From Pseudomonadota bacterium (GTDB lineage: Bacteria; Myxococcota; JACRCW01; JAFGSX01): 64,000 nucleotides of DNA. The position numbers and the translations under genes were made by a program. The notes beneath the pieces are model-generated. The model searched no databases. It saw only the letters and a list, made by a program, of their open reading frames with translations, and was not told the origin of the DNA. Positions 30,086 to 42,332 of this stretch are shown piece by piece. Positions within the stretch are counted from its first letter, which is position 1, and each line of letters opens with the position of its first letter. The stretch spans positions 1-64,000 of the forward strand of contig JBDRCO010000113.1 in NCBI GenBank assembly GCA_043821645.1, written 5' to 3'.

Positions 30086-31615
30086 ATGATGTCGGAGAGC
30101 AGCAAGGGGCCCACGCGCGCCGAGCTCCGCAAGAACCTCAAGGCGCTCAAGATTATTCTCGTCGAGAAGCCCCTTGACCTCGATGCCCGTGTGCGCATCG
30201 CGCGCACCCTGCGCTTGCTGGGCAAGCCGCGGGACGCCATCCAGCACTACCGCGCGGTGGCCCGTTACCTGGCCCTGGCAGGCCAGCCGCTGCAGGCCAT
30301 CGCGGTCCTCAAGGAGCTGCTGCAGATCGACCCCGATCACCAGGAGACGCTGCTGTTCCTGGCCAAGCTCTATGCGCGAACGCGCGGTGCCATCGTGAGC
30401 AACGTGGGTCGCATTGCTGTGCCTATCGACGACGGCCACATGCCCGGAACCGTGGCAGGTGGCTGGCCCATGACCTCGACAGGAGTGTGGCGCGCCATCC
30501 GCCCCCGAGACAGCCAGGAATTGCTGCGGGAGGCGTCCGCTGACGAGGTGGGCGTCGAGGACCTCGACGCGGCCATCGAGGTCGACGAGGACGATATCGC
30601 CGAGCAGCTCGACACCCTGGACGCCCTCGACGCCATCGACATCCCGGACTCCCAGATCGAAGAGGTCGAGCCCGTCGAGCGCACCGATCCTGACGCCAAG
30701 CCTCCCGAATTTGCCGAGAGGGACGATGCCTTCGAGATCCTGGGTGAGCCCAGCGAGGGTGAACTGGTCTTGCCCAAGGTCCCGCTCTTCTCGTCGCTGT
30801 CGCAGCGCGCGTTCATCGATCTCGCCACGGCCATGACCCCGCACCAGGCGGCCACCGGTGCGACGATCTTTGCCATGGGTGATCCAGGCGACTCGGTGTT
30901 CGTCATCAGCCGCGGCCGGGTGAGGGCTTACCGCCCCGGGGAGCATGGCAACACCTTGATCGAGACCCTGGGCGAGGGCGATTTTCTCGGTCTGCTGGCG
31001 TTCATCTCGCCCCGCGGCCGTGCGGCCACGGTCGTCGCAGAGACCGAGGTCGAGTACTTCGAGATCGCGCGCGAGATCATCGAGCGACTGATCCAGGAAC
31101 ATCCGACGGTGGAGCGCGGCCTCTACCGTTTCGTGCGGCACCGGTTGCTGATGAGTCTGCTCGCCGAGATGCCCGTCGTGCGCGCACTGCGCACAGACCA
31201 GCGCGAGGCCATGGCGCGTCGCTTCCAGCAGCGGGTCTTCGTGAAGGGCGAGGAACTGGTCTACGAGGGCGCCGAGTTCAACACGATGTTCATGCTACTC
31301 AAGGGGCGCGTGGCAGTGGGACCCGAAGCCGCCAGTGGTGACGTCGAGGAGCCCATCGTGCAACTCGAGGCCGGCGACCTCGTCGGCTGTCTGGCTGCCC
31401 AGGCCGGAGAGGGCGCGGATGTGGTGGTGCAGGCTCTCGAGGACGGCACCTGCCTGGTCATCCCGCACAAGGTGTTCGAGGATCTTGCCCTGGTCTACCC
31501 TTCCCTGCAATCGCTTCGCCAGGGACTGGACGAGGAGCGCTGCATGATCAGCAAGCACCTGTACAGCATCGGGGTCGGGCTCAAGGCCGAGAAGTTCGTC
31601 GTCGACGACGACTGA
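30086..31615 (+). CDS. TPR protein with two cNMP-binding domains
   Basis: N-terminal TPR-like helices; VPLFSSL...GDPGDSVFVI..G.V...RAATV; second, degenerate cNMP domain. Confidence 0.8.
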   Translation: MMSESSKGPTRAELRKNLKALKIILVEKPLDLDARVRIARTLRLLGKPRDAIQHYRAVARYLALAGQPLQAIAVLKELLQIDPDHQETLLFLAKLYARTRGAIVSNVGRIAVPIDDGHMPGTVAGGWPMTSTGVWRAIRPRDSQELLREASADEVGVEDLDAAIEVDEDDIAEQLDTLDALDAIDIPDSQIEEVEPVERTDPDAKPPEFAERDDAFEILGEPSEGELVLPKVPLFSSLSQRAFIDLATAMTPHQAATGATIFAMGDPGDSVFVISRGRVRAYRPGEHGNTLIETLGEGDFLGLLAFISPRGRAATVVAETEVEYFEIAREIIERLIQEHPTVERGLYRFVRHRLLMSLLAEMPVVRALRTDQREAMARRFQQRVFVKGEELVYEGAEFNTMFMLLKGRVAVGPEAASGDVEEPIVQLEAGDLVGCLAAQAGEGADVVVQALEDGTCLVIPHKVFEDLALVYPSLQSLRQGLDEERCMISKHLYSIGVGLKAEKFVVDDD

Positions 31616-31626
31616 CCCACCCCTCG

Positions 31627-32133
31627 TCAGCCCTTGCCCTGAGAACCCGGCTTCACGCCCCGAAAGCGCTCTTCGAGCCGCCGGTACACCGGATCGGGCA
31701 CCAGGGCCTTCACCGAGCCGCCCAGCCGGGCCACCTCGCGCACGAAATTTGACGAGATGTAGAAGTGCTCCTCGCTGGTCATCATGAAGATGGTCTCGAT
31801 GCGCGGGCTGAGCTTGCGGTTCATGTTGGCCATCTGGAATTCGTACTCGAAGTCGCTGACCGCGCGGAGCCCACGAAGCACGACCTGGACTCCCCGCTGG
31901 TCCGCGTAGTCGACGAGCAGCCCCTCAAAGCGGTCGACCTCGACACGGTCGTTGCCCTCGAAGCATCGCTGCAACAGATCCACCCGCTCGTCGAGGTCAA
32001 ACAGGGGATTCTTGCCGGTGTTGACTGCCACCGCGACGATGAGCTTGTCGATCAGGTGCAGACCCCGGTGCACCAGGTTGACGTGGCCATTGGTCACCGG
32101 GTCAAAGCTGCCTGGATAGATCGCGCACTTCAT
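31627..32133 (-). CDS. coaD: Phosphopantetheine adenylyltransferase
   Basis: YPGSFDPVTNGH, RGLRAVSDFEYE, ISS. Confidence 0.97.
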   Translation of the reverse strand: MKCAIYPGSFDPVTNGHVNLVHRGLHLIDKLIVAVAVNTGKNPLFDLDERVDLLQRCFEGNDRVEVDRFEGLLVDYADQRGVQVVLRGLRAVSDFEYEFQMANMNRKLSPRIETIFMMTSEEHFYISSNFVREVARLGGSVKALVPDPVYRRLEERFRGVKPGSQGKG

Positions 32134-32717
32134 GCCTTGTCCTCGTGGATCACCGCAGGACGAGGCGCACCGTGCGGCGGGCGTCGTCCCAGTGTGACCG
32201 CAGTATCACCATAGCGTCGAACCCGAACCTCGTCCGCTGCGCCAAGCTCCACCTGATCGCGCGCCGCGTGTTCGATCACCAGGCGTCCACCCGGGGCGAC
32301 CCTTTGCAGCAGGACCGTGTTCCAGAAGGCCGCCTCGGGCAGGTCCCGGTAGGGCGGGTCTGCCAGCACCGTATCGTAGAGACCGTCTTCGGGCCGAGAA
32401 ATAAAGCTGCGCGCATCCATGACGAGGACCTGGGCTCGGTCTGTCGCCCCCAGGCTATCGAGATTGGCCCGGATCACCTCGGCAACGCGTGGTGACTGCT
32501 CCACGAACACGGCCTGGCGTGCGCCGCGGGACAGGGCCTCGATCCCCAGGGCCCCGGAACCCGCGTAGAGGTCGAGGACACGCTCGTCGTCGAGGTGCTG
32601 ACCAAGGATGTTGAAGATGGCCTCGCGCACCCGGTCGGCCGTGGGCCGCACTCCCGCGACAGGCGTCCGCAGCCGCCGGCCCCGCCACGAGCCACCGACC
32701 ACGCGCAGCACGTTCAC
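32130..32717 (-). CDS. rsmD: 16S rRNA m2G966 methyltransferase
   Basis: RPTADRVREAIFN, LDLYAGSGALGIEALSRGA, DPPY; adjacent to coaD. Confidence 0.95.
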   Translation of the reverse strand: MNVLRVVGGSWRGRRLRTPVAGVRPTADRVREAIFNILGQHLDDERVLDLYAGSGALGIEALSRGARQAVFVEQSPRVAEVIRANLDSLGATDRAQVLVMDARSFISRPEDGLYDTVLADPPYRDLPEAAFWNTVLLQRVAPGGRLVIEHAARDQVELGAADEVRVRRYGDTAVTLGRRPPHGAPRPAVIHEDKA

Positions 32718-33571
32718 TCCATCCAGGTCAGCGAGGCCAGGCAACTGGAACCGGAGCCCAGCAGACCATGTTTTCGCAGTGCCAGACGCACCTCGGCATA
32801 GGTCACGCCCTCGATGCGGTCGCGGGTGATCGCGTCGATGGGTGCGAACAGGGCCTCGTCGTCATCGACCTCGAGGCTGCGGGCGATGATGCGCAGGAAG
32901 GTCTCGCCGGATAGCAGCCGGCGGTGCGCCAGTTCCGGAGACACCATGACGCCGTCCACGACCAGGCTGGCGTGGGATGCTCCTGCTTCGGTCAGGGTAC
33001 TAGGGGCCAAACCACAGCGGGCAAACAGGTCGAGGACGCGATCCGCACTGCCCGCAGGCAGATCCACGAGTTCGATCCCCAGGCCAAACTCTGCCACCAC
33101 CTGCATCAGGGCCAGCGTCCGGTGCAGTTCATCCTGCGCCTGGGGTATCGGGAACAGGAAGGAGGTGAAACCGGCATCGATCACGTCGTGCAGGATCTCC
33201 CCGGCGAGATCCACGGGCATGCCCCCGAGGGCCGCGTCAACGACCGTCGCCAGCACCAGGGGTGCTCCAAAATGCACCGCGTCAGCACCCCGCACCACCG
33301 CGCTGCTGGTGGTCAGCGCAGCCTGGCGTGAGCCTTCTCCATCCCAGAACGAGCCCGCGATGACGGTGAGCGCCGCGTCGAGATCCTCGCACGCGCGCAG
33401 CACGCCGGGCAGCACCTCAAACCGGTCCACCTCCACCGCCACGGTCCCCACCTGGGCTGCGGCAGCAGCCTCGACCAGAGCCGTCCCGGACAGCACCAGC
33501 GCGCGACTGCCGACCCCGAAGTGTCGCTGAACGGCCGTTGGCCGGAGAGCGTAGATCTCGTCACTGTGCAT
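32714..33571 (-). CDS. Degenerate class II fructose-bisphosphate aldolase-like protein
   Basis: RP....F..SRALVLSG, GVLRA, AGFTS resemble FBA-II; HxDH motif absent. Confidence 0.5.
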   Translation of the reverse strand: MHSDEIYALRPTAVQRHFGVGSRALVLSGTALVEAAAAAQVGTVAVEVDRFEVLPGVLRACEDLDAALTVIAGSFWDGEGSRQAALTTSSAVVRGADAVHFGAPLVLATVVDAALGGMPVDLAGEILHDVIDAGFTSFLFPIPQAQDELHRTLALMQVVAEFGLGIELVDLPAGSADRVLDLFARCGLAPSTLTEAGASHASLVVDGVMVSPELAHRRLLSGETFLRIIARSLEVDDDEALFAPIDAITRDRIEGVTYAEVRLALRKHGLLGSGSSCLASLTWME

Positions 33572-33699
33572 GGTGCGGGCTCACCTCGCTGTGCCCAAGA
33601 CCTATCAGGCTCGCCGAGTGCTGAGAAGTGGGGTGGCGGCCCGGCCCGTCGGTGCGAGGTGGTTCCGACGTCACCTCGGCCCCGCGTCGGTGGTGTCCC

Positions 33700-34635
33700 T
33701 CAGCCTGTGTTCAAGATCTCGCTCGCCTTGATGGCGCGCCGCAGCGCCGCCGGGTCCGGTGCCACCAGCCAGGCGTCCACCCTCTCGCGCCTCAGCCAGG
33801 TCCGCTGACGCTTTGCATAGCGACGCGTGCGCAACCGGGTCTGCTCGATGGCGGCCTCGCGCTGCAGGGTTCCGTCAGCCAGTGCCAGGGCCTCGGCATA
33901 GCCCAGGGTGCGCAGCACCTCTATCTCCCCATGGCGTGCTCGCAAGGCCACCGCCTCGTCGACCAGGCCGCCATCGAACATGGCACGTGCCCGCTGCGCG
34001 ATGCGCTTCTCGAGCAGCGGTGGAGGCTGGTCCACCACCAGCCAGCACACGGAGAAGGGGTGGTCGGAGAAACCATGTTCGCCCTGCTGCGCCGACAGGG
34101 GGCGTCCAGTGAGGACCTGTACCTCGAGAGCCCGGATCACCCGAACCACGTCGTTCGCGGGAAGCCGTGCGGCGGCCTCGGGATCCACCTGGAGCAGGCG
34201 GGCATGCAGCATCTCGTTACCGTGCTGGCGACGGAAGCTCTCCAGCTCCGCACGCAACCTGTCGTCGCGGCCGGCGACGGGCACCAGACCACGGCACAAC
34301 GCCCGCAGGTAGAGCCCGGTGCCGCCGACCACCAGGGGGACTCGCCCGCGTCCCCGGATCTTCTCCGCAACCGCCCGAGCGTCATCGACGAAACGCGCCA
34401 CATCGTAGGTCTCGAAAGGCTCAACCACGTCGAGGAGGTGGTGCGGAATCCGCGCGCGCTCGCTTGCACTTGCCTTGGCCGTGCCGATGTCGAGCCCGCG
34501 ATAGACCTGCCGCGAATCCGCCGAGATGATCTCGGCGTCGAGGTCCAGGGCCAGTTGAAGGGACAGCGCAGTCTTGCCCGCTGCGGTGGGTCCAGAAAGC
34601 ACGATCAGGGGGGGCGCTGCAGGAGCCGGTGGCAC
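33700..34635 (-). CDS. miaA: tRNA dimethylallyltransferase
   Basis: GPTAAGKT, DSRQVYRGLDIGTAK, VGGTGLY, TRRYAKRQRTW; start approximate. Confidence 0.96.
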   Translation of the reverse strand: MPPAPAAPPLIVLSGPTAAGKTALSLQLALDLDAEIISADSRQVYRGLDIGTAKASASERARIPHHLLDVVEPFETYDVARFVDDARAVAEKIRGRGRVPLVVGGTGLYLRALCRGLVPVAGRDDRLRAELESFRRQHGNEMLHARLLQVDPEAAARLPANDVVRVIRALEVQVLTGRPLSAQQGEHGFSDHPFSVCWLVVDQPPPLLEKRIAQRARAMFDGGLVDEAVALRARHGEIEVLRTLGYAEALALADGTLQREAAIEQTRLRTRRYAKRQRTWLRRERVDAWLVAPDPAALRRAIKASEILNTG

Positions 34636-34645
34636 GGTGGGGCGC

Positions 34646-35629
34646 TCAGATGCGGCGAGACAAGTAGATCGCGTAGGCGCTCTGGCAAGCGCCCTGCAGA
34701 CCATCATGAAGGGCACGCACGTCGCCAGCGGCCCAATTCGACGGATCGTCACGCAAGAACGAGGTCTTATCCACGCGGTTGTCGAAGCGTACCAGAGGCA
34801 GGGTGTAGGTGCGCTGGCCGACCTGGACCTCGAGCGCACCGGGCGTGCTCGACACCGACAGCAGGTGGTCGATGTCGTCGCAGCCGTAGTCCCTCATCAT
34901 GACCTCGAGGGGCACGCCGTGGTGCAGGATCGAGCCGGGATCGTCGGGATCCGTTCGCGCCGCGTTCTTTCGCCTCGACTCCTCGGGAGTCACCCACACG
35001 TAAAGAATCGCTGCACGGGCCAGGATCAAGTCAGAAAGCTGAGACAGCGTGTACTGGTAACCCATGGGGGCCTTGAGCGGCATGGCCGAGCCGTCGGCGC
35101 CTCCGCGCGCGAACTCGATGACCACGGTCTTGCCCTTGAGAGAGCCCGGGAGTCCTCGACGTCGTTCCTCGAGGTGCGCTGTGGCCTCGCGCTCGAGGAC
35201 ATCGGCCAGCCTGTACCGAGCATCCTGGCCAAGGGCGCTCAGCCGTGGTTCGATCCCGGCAGCTTGTGCGGCTCTGTCCAGCCGCTGCAGGAGGTGCTGT
35301 CCCGGCGAGCGCGGTTCCGCCACCTTGCCGATGACGAGTTCGTCGTAGTCCTCGTTGACCAGGTGAACCAGGGTTCCCCAGTCGAAGGGATTGGCGAAGG
35401 AGCAGTCCGGCGCCCGGAAGAACACCCGCGGCTGGCCCATGGCCACCAGTTCATCGTCGACCCGACGCATGACATGCACGTAGGGAAAGTCATCCAGCTG
35501 GACCGCACCGCCAATATGAAAATCCCGTTCACATTTTTGCGGCGAAACATTCTCGAGGTAACGCCGGATCTCGGACTTGCCCGACGCGGGCAGGGCCAGC
35601 AAGAGCAAAGTGTCAAAGACCTGCGCCAT
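34646..35629 (-). CDS. Hypothetical P-loop NTPase or kinase-fold protein
   Basis: LALPASGKSE Walker-A-like, VVIEFARG; GAGG RBS; GC-rich third codon positions. Confidence 0.7.
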   Translation of the reverse strand: MAQVFDTLLLLALPASGKSEIRRYLENVSPQKCERDFHIGGAVQLDDFPYVHVMRRVDDELVAMGQPRVFFRAPDCSFANPFDWGTLVHLVNEDYDELVIGKVAEPRSPGQHLLQRLDRAAQAAGIEPRLSALGQDARYRLADVLEREATAHLEERRRGLPGSLKGKTVVIEFARGGADGSAMPLKAPMGYQYTLSQLSDLILARAAILYVWVTPEESRRKNAARTDPDDPGSILHHGVPLEVMMRDYGCDDIDHLLSVSSTPGALEVQVGQRTYTLPLVRFDNRVDKTSFLRDDPSNWAAGDVRALHDGLQGACQSAYAIYLSRRI

Positions 35630-35728
35630 CGAGCACCTCGCCTGCATTGACGTCGTGGATTGCAGCCGTCACCATGGCAGTTGGGCCGATCATCGTCAAT
35701 TGTGGACGGCCGTCGCAGGGGGTGCGCC

Positions 35729-36442
35729 ATGAGGTCCACGCAGGTCGAGATTCCACCCATGCTCCGGACTCTGCGCCCTGAACGCGAAGGCGAACTTGTG
35801 GCCTTTGACGCCGACGGCGTGCTGTGGCCTGGTGACATGGGTGAGGACTTCATCGAGTGGCTCCTCGACGAGGGAGCGCTCGATGCGCGGGCGGCCTGGG
35901 CTGACTACAGGGGACGCTATCCTGCCAATGACCCCCAGGGCTGCCTGGTTCTCGCCAGCTTCTATGCGGGCATGACGCCGTCGCGACTTCGAACCCAGGT
36001 CGAGCGCTTCTGGCAGCAACGTCCACCTCCGCTGGACGAGAGGACAACGGGCGTGATGACCCGGTTGCATGACGCAGGCTTCGAGGTCTGCGTGGTCTCA
36101 GGCACGGTGCGGGCCCTGCTGCTGCCCGTGCTCCAGATCCTGCCCGTGCAGCACCTCCTCGCCCTCGAGCTCGCGGTCGATTCACCGGGCGTCTACACCG
36201 GGGCCGCCATCGGTACGGCAACGTTCGGGGAAGGTAAGGCTCGGGCCCTGCGCGCCGTGGCAGGATCGCGTCCCGTTCGCGTCGCCGTCGGCAATTCCGG
36301 ACTCGACATCGCCATGTTGGAACTGGCCAGCGACCTGGCCTGGGCCTACCAACCCGATGCTGCCCTGCGTGCCGCGGCCGAGGCGCATGGCTGGACCATC
36401 ACCGAGACCGAGCCCCTGGAACCCCCGGACAATCTCGGGTGA
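35729..36442 (+). CDS. HAD-IB family phosphatase (SerB-like)
   Basis: FDADGVLW, VVSG, GK, GNSGLD. Confidence 0.85.
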   Translation: MRSTQVEIPPMLRTLRPEREGELVAFDADGVLWPGDMGEDFIEWLLDEGALDARAAWADYRGRYPANDPQGCLVLASFYAGMTPSRLRTQVERFWQQRPPPLDERTTGVMTRLHDAGFEVCVVSGTVRALLLPVLQILPVQHLLALELAVDSPGVYTGAAIGTATFGEGKARALRAVAGSRPVRVAVGNSGLDIAMLELASDLAWAYQPDAALRAAAEAHGWTITETEPLEPPDNLG

Positions 36443-36466
36443 CGACGAGATCTCCGGTCGTCTGGC

Positions 36467-37087
36467 TCACAGGGAGATCGGATCAGCGATGCCGGGGTCT
36501 GGCGCAGTCGCCGGACCGGGCTGCGCCGCCGGCTGCTCGATCTTCCCGTTCGCGGGGATGCCCGCCTCGTCGATCACGCCTTGCGCCACGTAGATGGGTG
36601 CCTGCGCGCCAAGGGCCAGCGCCACGGCATCCGACGGACGGGCGTCGATGGCGATGAGCCGCCCCTCGCTGCGAACGTAGATCGTGCCCACGTACACGCC
36701 GCCGCGCAGCGCATCGATCTGAACGTGATCGAGGTGACCCCCGAGTTCGCGCATGGTGGCATCGAGCAGGTCATGGGTCAGGGGACGCTCAAAACGTCGG
36801 CGCTGCATTCGCAGATGAATGGACAGCGCCTCCCCCTCACCAATACCGATGGGGATGAAGAAGCTGCGCGTCGCGTCGTGAAGAAACAGGGTGTCGCCAC
36901 CCGAGGTGGGCATGACGCCTGCCACGAACATCTCCACGAAGCCTTCCGGCGCCACGATGGGAGGTGCTGATTCCACCTCCGACTTGCCCGCCGGTTCACC
37001 TGACGCTCGCGGGGCCATGGGTTGTGGCGCCGAGGCACAGGCCGCGACCAGACCCATCACACTCACAAAAATTGACCTGCCCGACAT
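36467..37087 (-). CDS. Bifunctional nuclease (DUF151) domain protein with lipoprotein signal
   Basis: IPIGIGEGEA, RPLTHDL, DARPSDAVALAL; LVAAC lipobox. Confidence 0.85.
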   Translation of the reverse strand: MSGRSIFVSVMGLVAACASAPQPMAPRASGEPAGKSEVESAPPIVAPEGFVEMFVAGVMPTSGGDTLFLHDATRSFFIPIGIGEGEALSIHLRMQRRRFERPLTHDLLDATMRELGGHLDHVQIDALRGGVYVGTIYVRSEGRLIAIDARPSDAVALALGAQAPIYVAQGVIDEAGIPANGKIEQPAAQPGPATAPDPGIADPISL

Positions 37088-37292
37088 GCGTCTTGCCCAT
37101 GAACCACGCGGCCCTGTCACAAGTGTAGCAGTGACTCCGGGGTGGCGCACGTCGTCGTCCGACGCTGGCCGCGACCATGTCGGGTGTGCGGGAGCAGCAC
37201 ACTAGAACTGTGGTTAGGGATCACCCGCTCCTGCGCATCGAGACAGCGGCGAGCTTGCTCGCGGGGAGCCTTGTTTCTATGGTCCCAAAGGA

Positions 37293-37745
37293 ATGCCCCG
37301 CGTCGCACAGCACGGCAACTCGATCCTGACCAGCCTCTGCACGTCCGCAGGCGCCCTGGCCGCCTGTGTTCGCGACGAGAGCTCGCCGATGACCTGGTGG
37401 CAGAGCCGCGGTGGCCGCAGAGTGCTGTGCCAGGCGGCTCTCGACCATCTCCTCGAGGAAGCTCTGGTAGAAATATCGGACAAGCCCTTGCGCTCGGGCC
37501 AACGCCTGCGCCTGTGCCGCGACGACACTCCGCCATTCGGCTTCGCGTATTCCTTTGCCGGAATCTACATCGCCCTGGTGGTGTTCGACGCACCCTTCAA
37601 CCGCTTCATCGCCGAGCCGCATCTCCGGCTCGCCCTGCCCCTGCTCGAGAGACTCGTGCCGCGCTTGCCTCCTCTCGACGACGATCGCACCGGCGTCGAG
37701 GGAACAGGGCGTGCACGCAGCGCCCGCCGCCCGAGATCCGTCTGA
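37293..37745 (+). CDS. Hypothetical protein
   Basis: Fills the intergenic gap; AAGGA RBS; protein-like composition (SFAGIYIALVVFD...LERLVPRLPP). Confidence 0.6.
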   Translation: MPRVAQHGNSILTSLCTSAGALAACVRDESSPMTWWQSRGGRRVLCQAALDHLLEEALVEISDKPLRSGQRLRLCRDDTPPFGFAYSFAGIYIALVVFDAPFNRFIAEPHLRLALPLLERLVPRLPPLDDDRTGVEGTGRARSARRPRSV

Positions 37746-37765
37746 CCTGTGGCCTGGCGGGAGTG

Positions 37766-39202
37766 CTAGCCCCTCGTGGACACCGCTTCGGCGCTGGCGC
37801 CACCCACATCCGGTGGCAACCTGAAAATGAACAACCCTGTCCAGGCATAGAAAAGCGCGATGAGCGGGATCAGGTAGTTGAGAATGGCCCAGGGCGCATA
37901 GGTGAAGGTGGCGACGCCCAGGGTGGCCGACATGAAGGCACCGCAGCTATTCCAGGGACACAGCGCCGAGGTCACGGTGCCCGCATCCTCGAGGGTGCGC
38001 GAGAGCATGCGTGGAGCCAGACCGAATCGCGGGTAGGTATCGCGAAACATGCGCCCTGGAAGGACGATGGCAAGATACTGGTCAGCAAGCAGGAAATTCA
38101 TGCCCACGGACGCGCCCAGGGTCGAGGCGATCAGTCCACGCACGCTATGCACTTTCTTGAGCAGGGCATCCAGCAGGGCCTGGATGAACCCCGCCCGCTC
38201 CATCACACCACCGAAGGCGGTGGCGCACAGGATCAGCGCGATGGTGTCGAACATCCCGCTCATGCCGCCCCGCGACAGCAGCTTGTCCACAGCGACATGT
38301 CCCGTACTCGACGTGAACCCGGAATAGCAGACGCTGAGGATCTGCCCCACATGCTGCCCCTGGAACAGCCACGCCATCACTCCTCCCAGCGCAGTCGACG
38401 CCAGGAGGGCCGGCACCGCCGGTACCCGCAGCAGGGCCAGGCCAATCACGAGGACCGGGGGCAGCATCAGCCACGGCGAGAGACGCTGGCTGTTGGCGAG
38501 GGCATGCTGCAGATTCTCGACGGCGGTAGAGTCAAACGAGCTGACGTGCGTGCTGCTCAGGAAGCCGATCCCGGTGTAGACCACCAGGGCGATGAGGAGG
38601 GCCGGCACCGTCGTGTAGAGCATGGCATGGATGTGCTCGAACAGCGTGGCCCCGGCGATCCCGGGCGCCAGGTTGGTGGTGTCGGACAGGGGGGACATCT
38701 TGTCGCCGAAGTAGGCACCCGAGATGATGGCTCCCGCAGTCATGCCGGGCGAGATGTCCAGGGCATGACCGATTCCCATCAGTGCCACGCCCACCGTGGC
38801 GGCGGTGGACCAGGAACTTCCGGTGGCCAGCGACACCACCGCGCAGATGAAACAGCTGGCGGGCAGGAACCAGTTCGGCGACAGGACTTCGAGCCCATAG
38901 GACACGAGGGCAGCCACGGTCCCCGATGCGGCCCAGGTTCCGATGGTGGTTCCGACGACGAGCAGGATGACCGCAGCCTTGAGCGCCAGGGTCATGCCCT
39001 TGACCAGCCCGTCCTCGACCTCGCTCCACGGCAGTCCGAGGCGCAGAGCGAGCACGCTGGGCGCGATGCAGGCGAGCAGGAGCAGGATGGGCACCGGCGC
39101 CTCGTCGCGGAGGAACACGATGCCGCTGGACACCAGTGCGGCAGCGATGACGATGGGCACCAGAGCTTCCCACAGGCGCGGTGCACGGGGCGTCGCGTTC
39201 AC
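37766..39202 (-). CDS. nhaC: NhaC-family Na+/H+ antiporter
   Basis: ATGSSW, SGAYFGDKMSPLSDTTNLA, LSRGGM, LSRTLEDAGT..PWN; GGAGG RBS. Confidence 0.93.
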   Translation of the reverse strand: MNATPRAPRLWEALVPIVIAAALVSSGIVFLRDEAPVPILLLLACIAPSVLALRLGLPWSEVEDGLVKGMTLALKAAVILLVVGTTIGTWAASGTVAALVSYGLEVLSPNWFLPASCFICAVVSLATGSSWSTAATVGVALMGIGHALDISPGMTAGAIISGAYFGDKMSPLSDTTNLAPGIAGATLFEHIHAMLYTTVPALLIALVVYTGIGFLSSTHVSSFDSTAVENLQHALANSQRLSPWLMLPPVLVIGLALLRVPAVPALLASTALGGVMAWLFQGQHVGQILSVCYSGFTSSTGHVAVDKLLSRGGMSGMFDTIALILCATAFGGVMERAGFIQALLDALLKKVHSVRGLIASTLGASVGMNFLLADQYLAIVLPGRMFRDTYPRFGLAPRMLSRTLEDAGTVTSALCPWNSCGAFMSATLGVATFTYAPWAILNYLIPLIALFYAWTGLFIFRLPPDVGGASAEAVSTRG

Positions 39203-39352
39203 AGAACCTCCTCGGATCGGATCGTCAGCGGCCTGGTCCAGTTCCCCTGTCACCGCGTCAGAACCTCAGGTATACTCGATCAGACCACGAGGACACAGGG
39301 CGTTCACGCCAGGTCATCGGATGTTGATGCCTGCTGAGGCAAGGGCGAGAGC

Positions 39353-40135
39353 ATGAACGCACCAACCAAGAGCTCTGCGTTCCACGAGGTCCTGGCCCAG
39401 CGTCAGTTCAAGATCGTGTACCAACCCGTCGTCGATTTGAACAACGGACGCATCTTCTCTTACGAGGCCCTGCTGCGCAGCACCAACCCGGCGTTTTCGA
39501 GCCCGCCAGAGCTGCTCAACGCCGCGGTGGCGCAGAACGCCATGGGCCACTTCGGCCGCCTGATCCGCGAGAAGACCATCACCGATGCACCCGAGGCCAC
39601 GCTGTTCATCAACGTTCACCCTGCAGAGCTGGGAGATAGCTGGCTGGTGCGCCCGGATGACCCCATCTTCGAGCATCCCGACGGCGTGTACCTCGAGATC
39701 ACCGAGTCCGTGCCGCTGACACACTTTGACCTCTGCCACAGCATCCTCGCCGAGGTGCGCGCGCGCGGGGTCAAGCTCGCCGTCGACGACCTGGGCTCGG
39801 GCTATTCCAACCTCAAGTACATCGCCGACCTCGCCCCGGAGGTCGTCAAGATCGATCGCGACCTCATCGCCAACCTACACACCTCCAAGCGTCAGCAGAT
39901 CCTGGTCGCCGCCATCGTTCGCCTGTGCAGTGACCTCGGTGCCACGGTGGTGGCCGAGGGTATCGAGACCACGGACGAGTTCAAGGCCGCCCAGGACACG
40001 GGCGCACAGTTCGGACAGGGTTACCTGCTGGCCCGCCCCGAGTTCCCGCCGCCCCTGGTACCCTGGCCTCCCAAGAACGGCACCGCCCCGAGCTCTGCAA
40101 GCAACCCTCCCGCGTTCTCGAAATCTGCACTATAA
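39353..40135 (+). CDS. Stand-alone EAL c-di-GMP phosphodiesterase
   Basis: [31 protein letters not shown]. Confidence 0.9.
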   Translation: MNAPTKSSAFHEVLAQRQFKIVYQPVVDLNNGRIFSYEALLRSTNPAFSSPPELLNAAVAQNAMGHFGRLIREKTITDAPEATLFINVHPAELGDSWLVRPDDPIFEHPDGVYLEITESVPLTHFDLCHSILAEVRARGVKLAVDDLGSGYSNLKYIADLAPEVVKIDRDLIANLHTSKRQQILVAAIVRLCSDLGATVVAEGIETTDEFKAAQDTGAQFGQGYLLARPEFPPPLVPWPPKNGTAPSSASNPPAFSKSAL

Positions 40136-40181
40136 CGGGCGCGTGTTGCGGGCACTGGACGCTCGCCACGACGAGGTCACC

Positions 40182-42328
<2,147 letters not shown>

Positions 42329-42332
<4 letters not shown>

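Noticed and set aside
37142-39337. 731-aa plus-strand ORF
   Set aside because: Antisense shadow of nhaC
39726-40181. Apparent N-terminal extension of methylmalonyl-CoA mutase
   Set aside because: Overlaps the EAL gene in another frame; ATG 40182 has a GAGG RBS and a TATAAC -10-like element upstream
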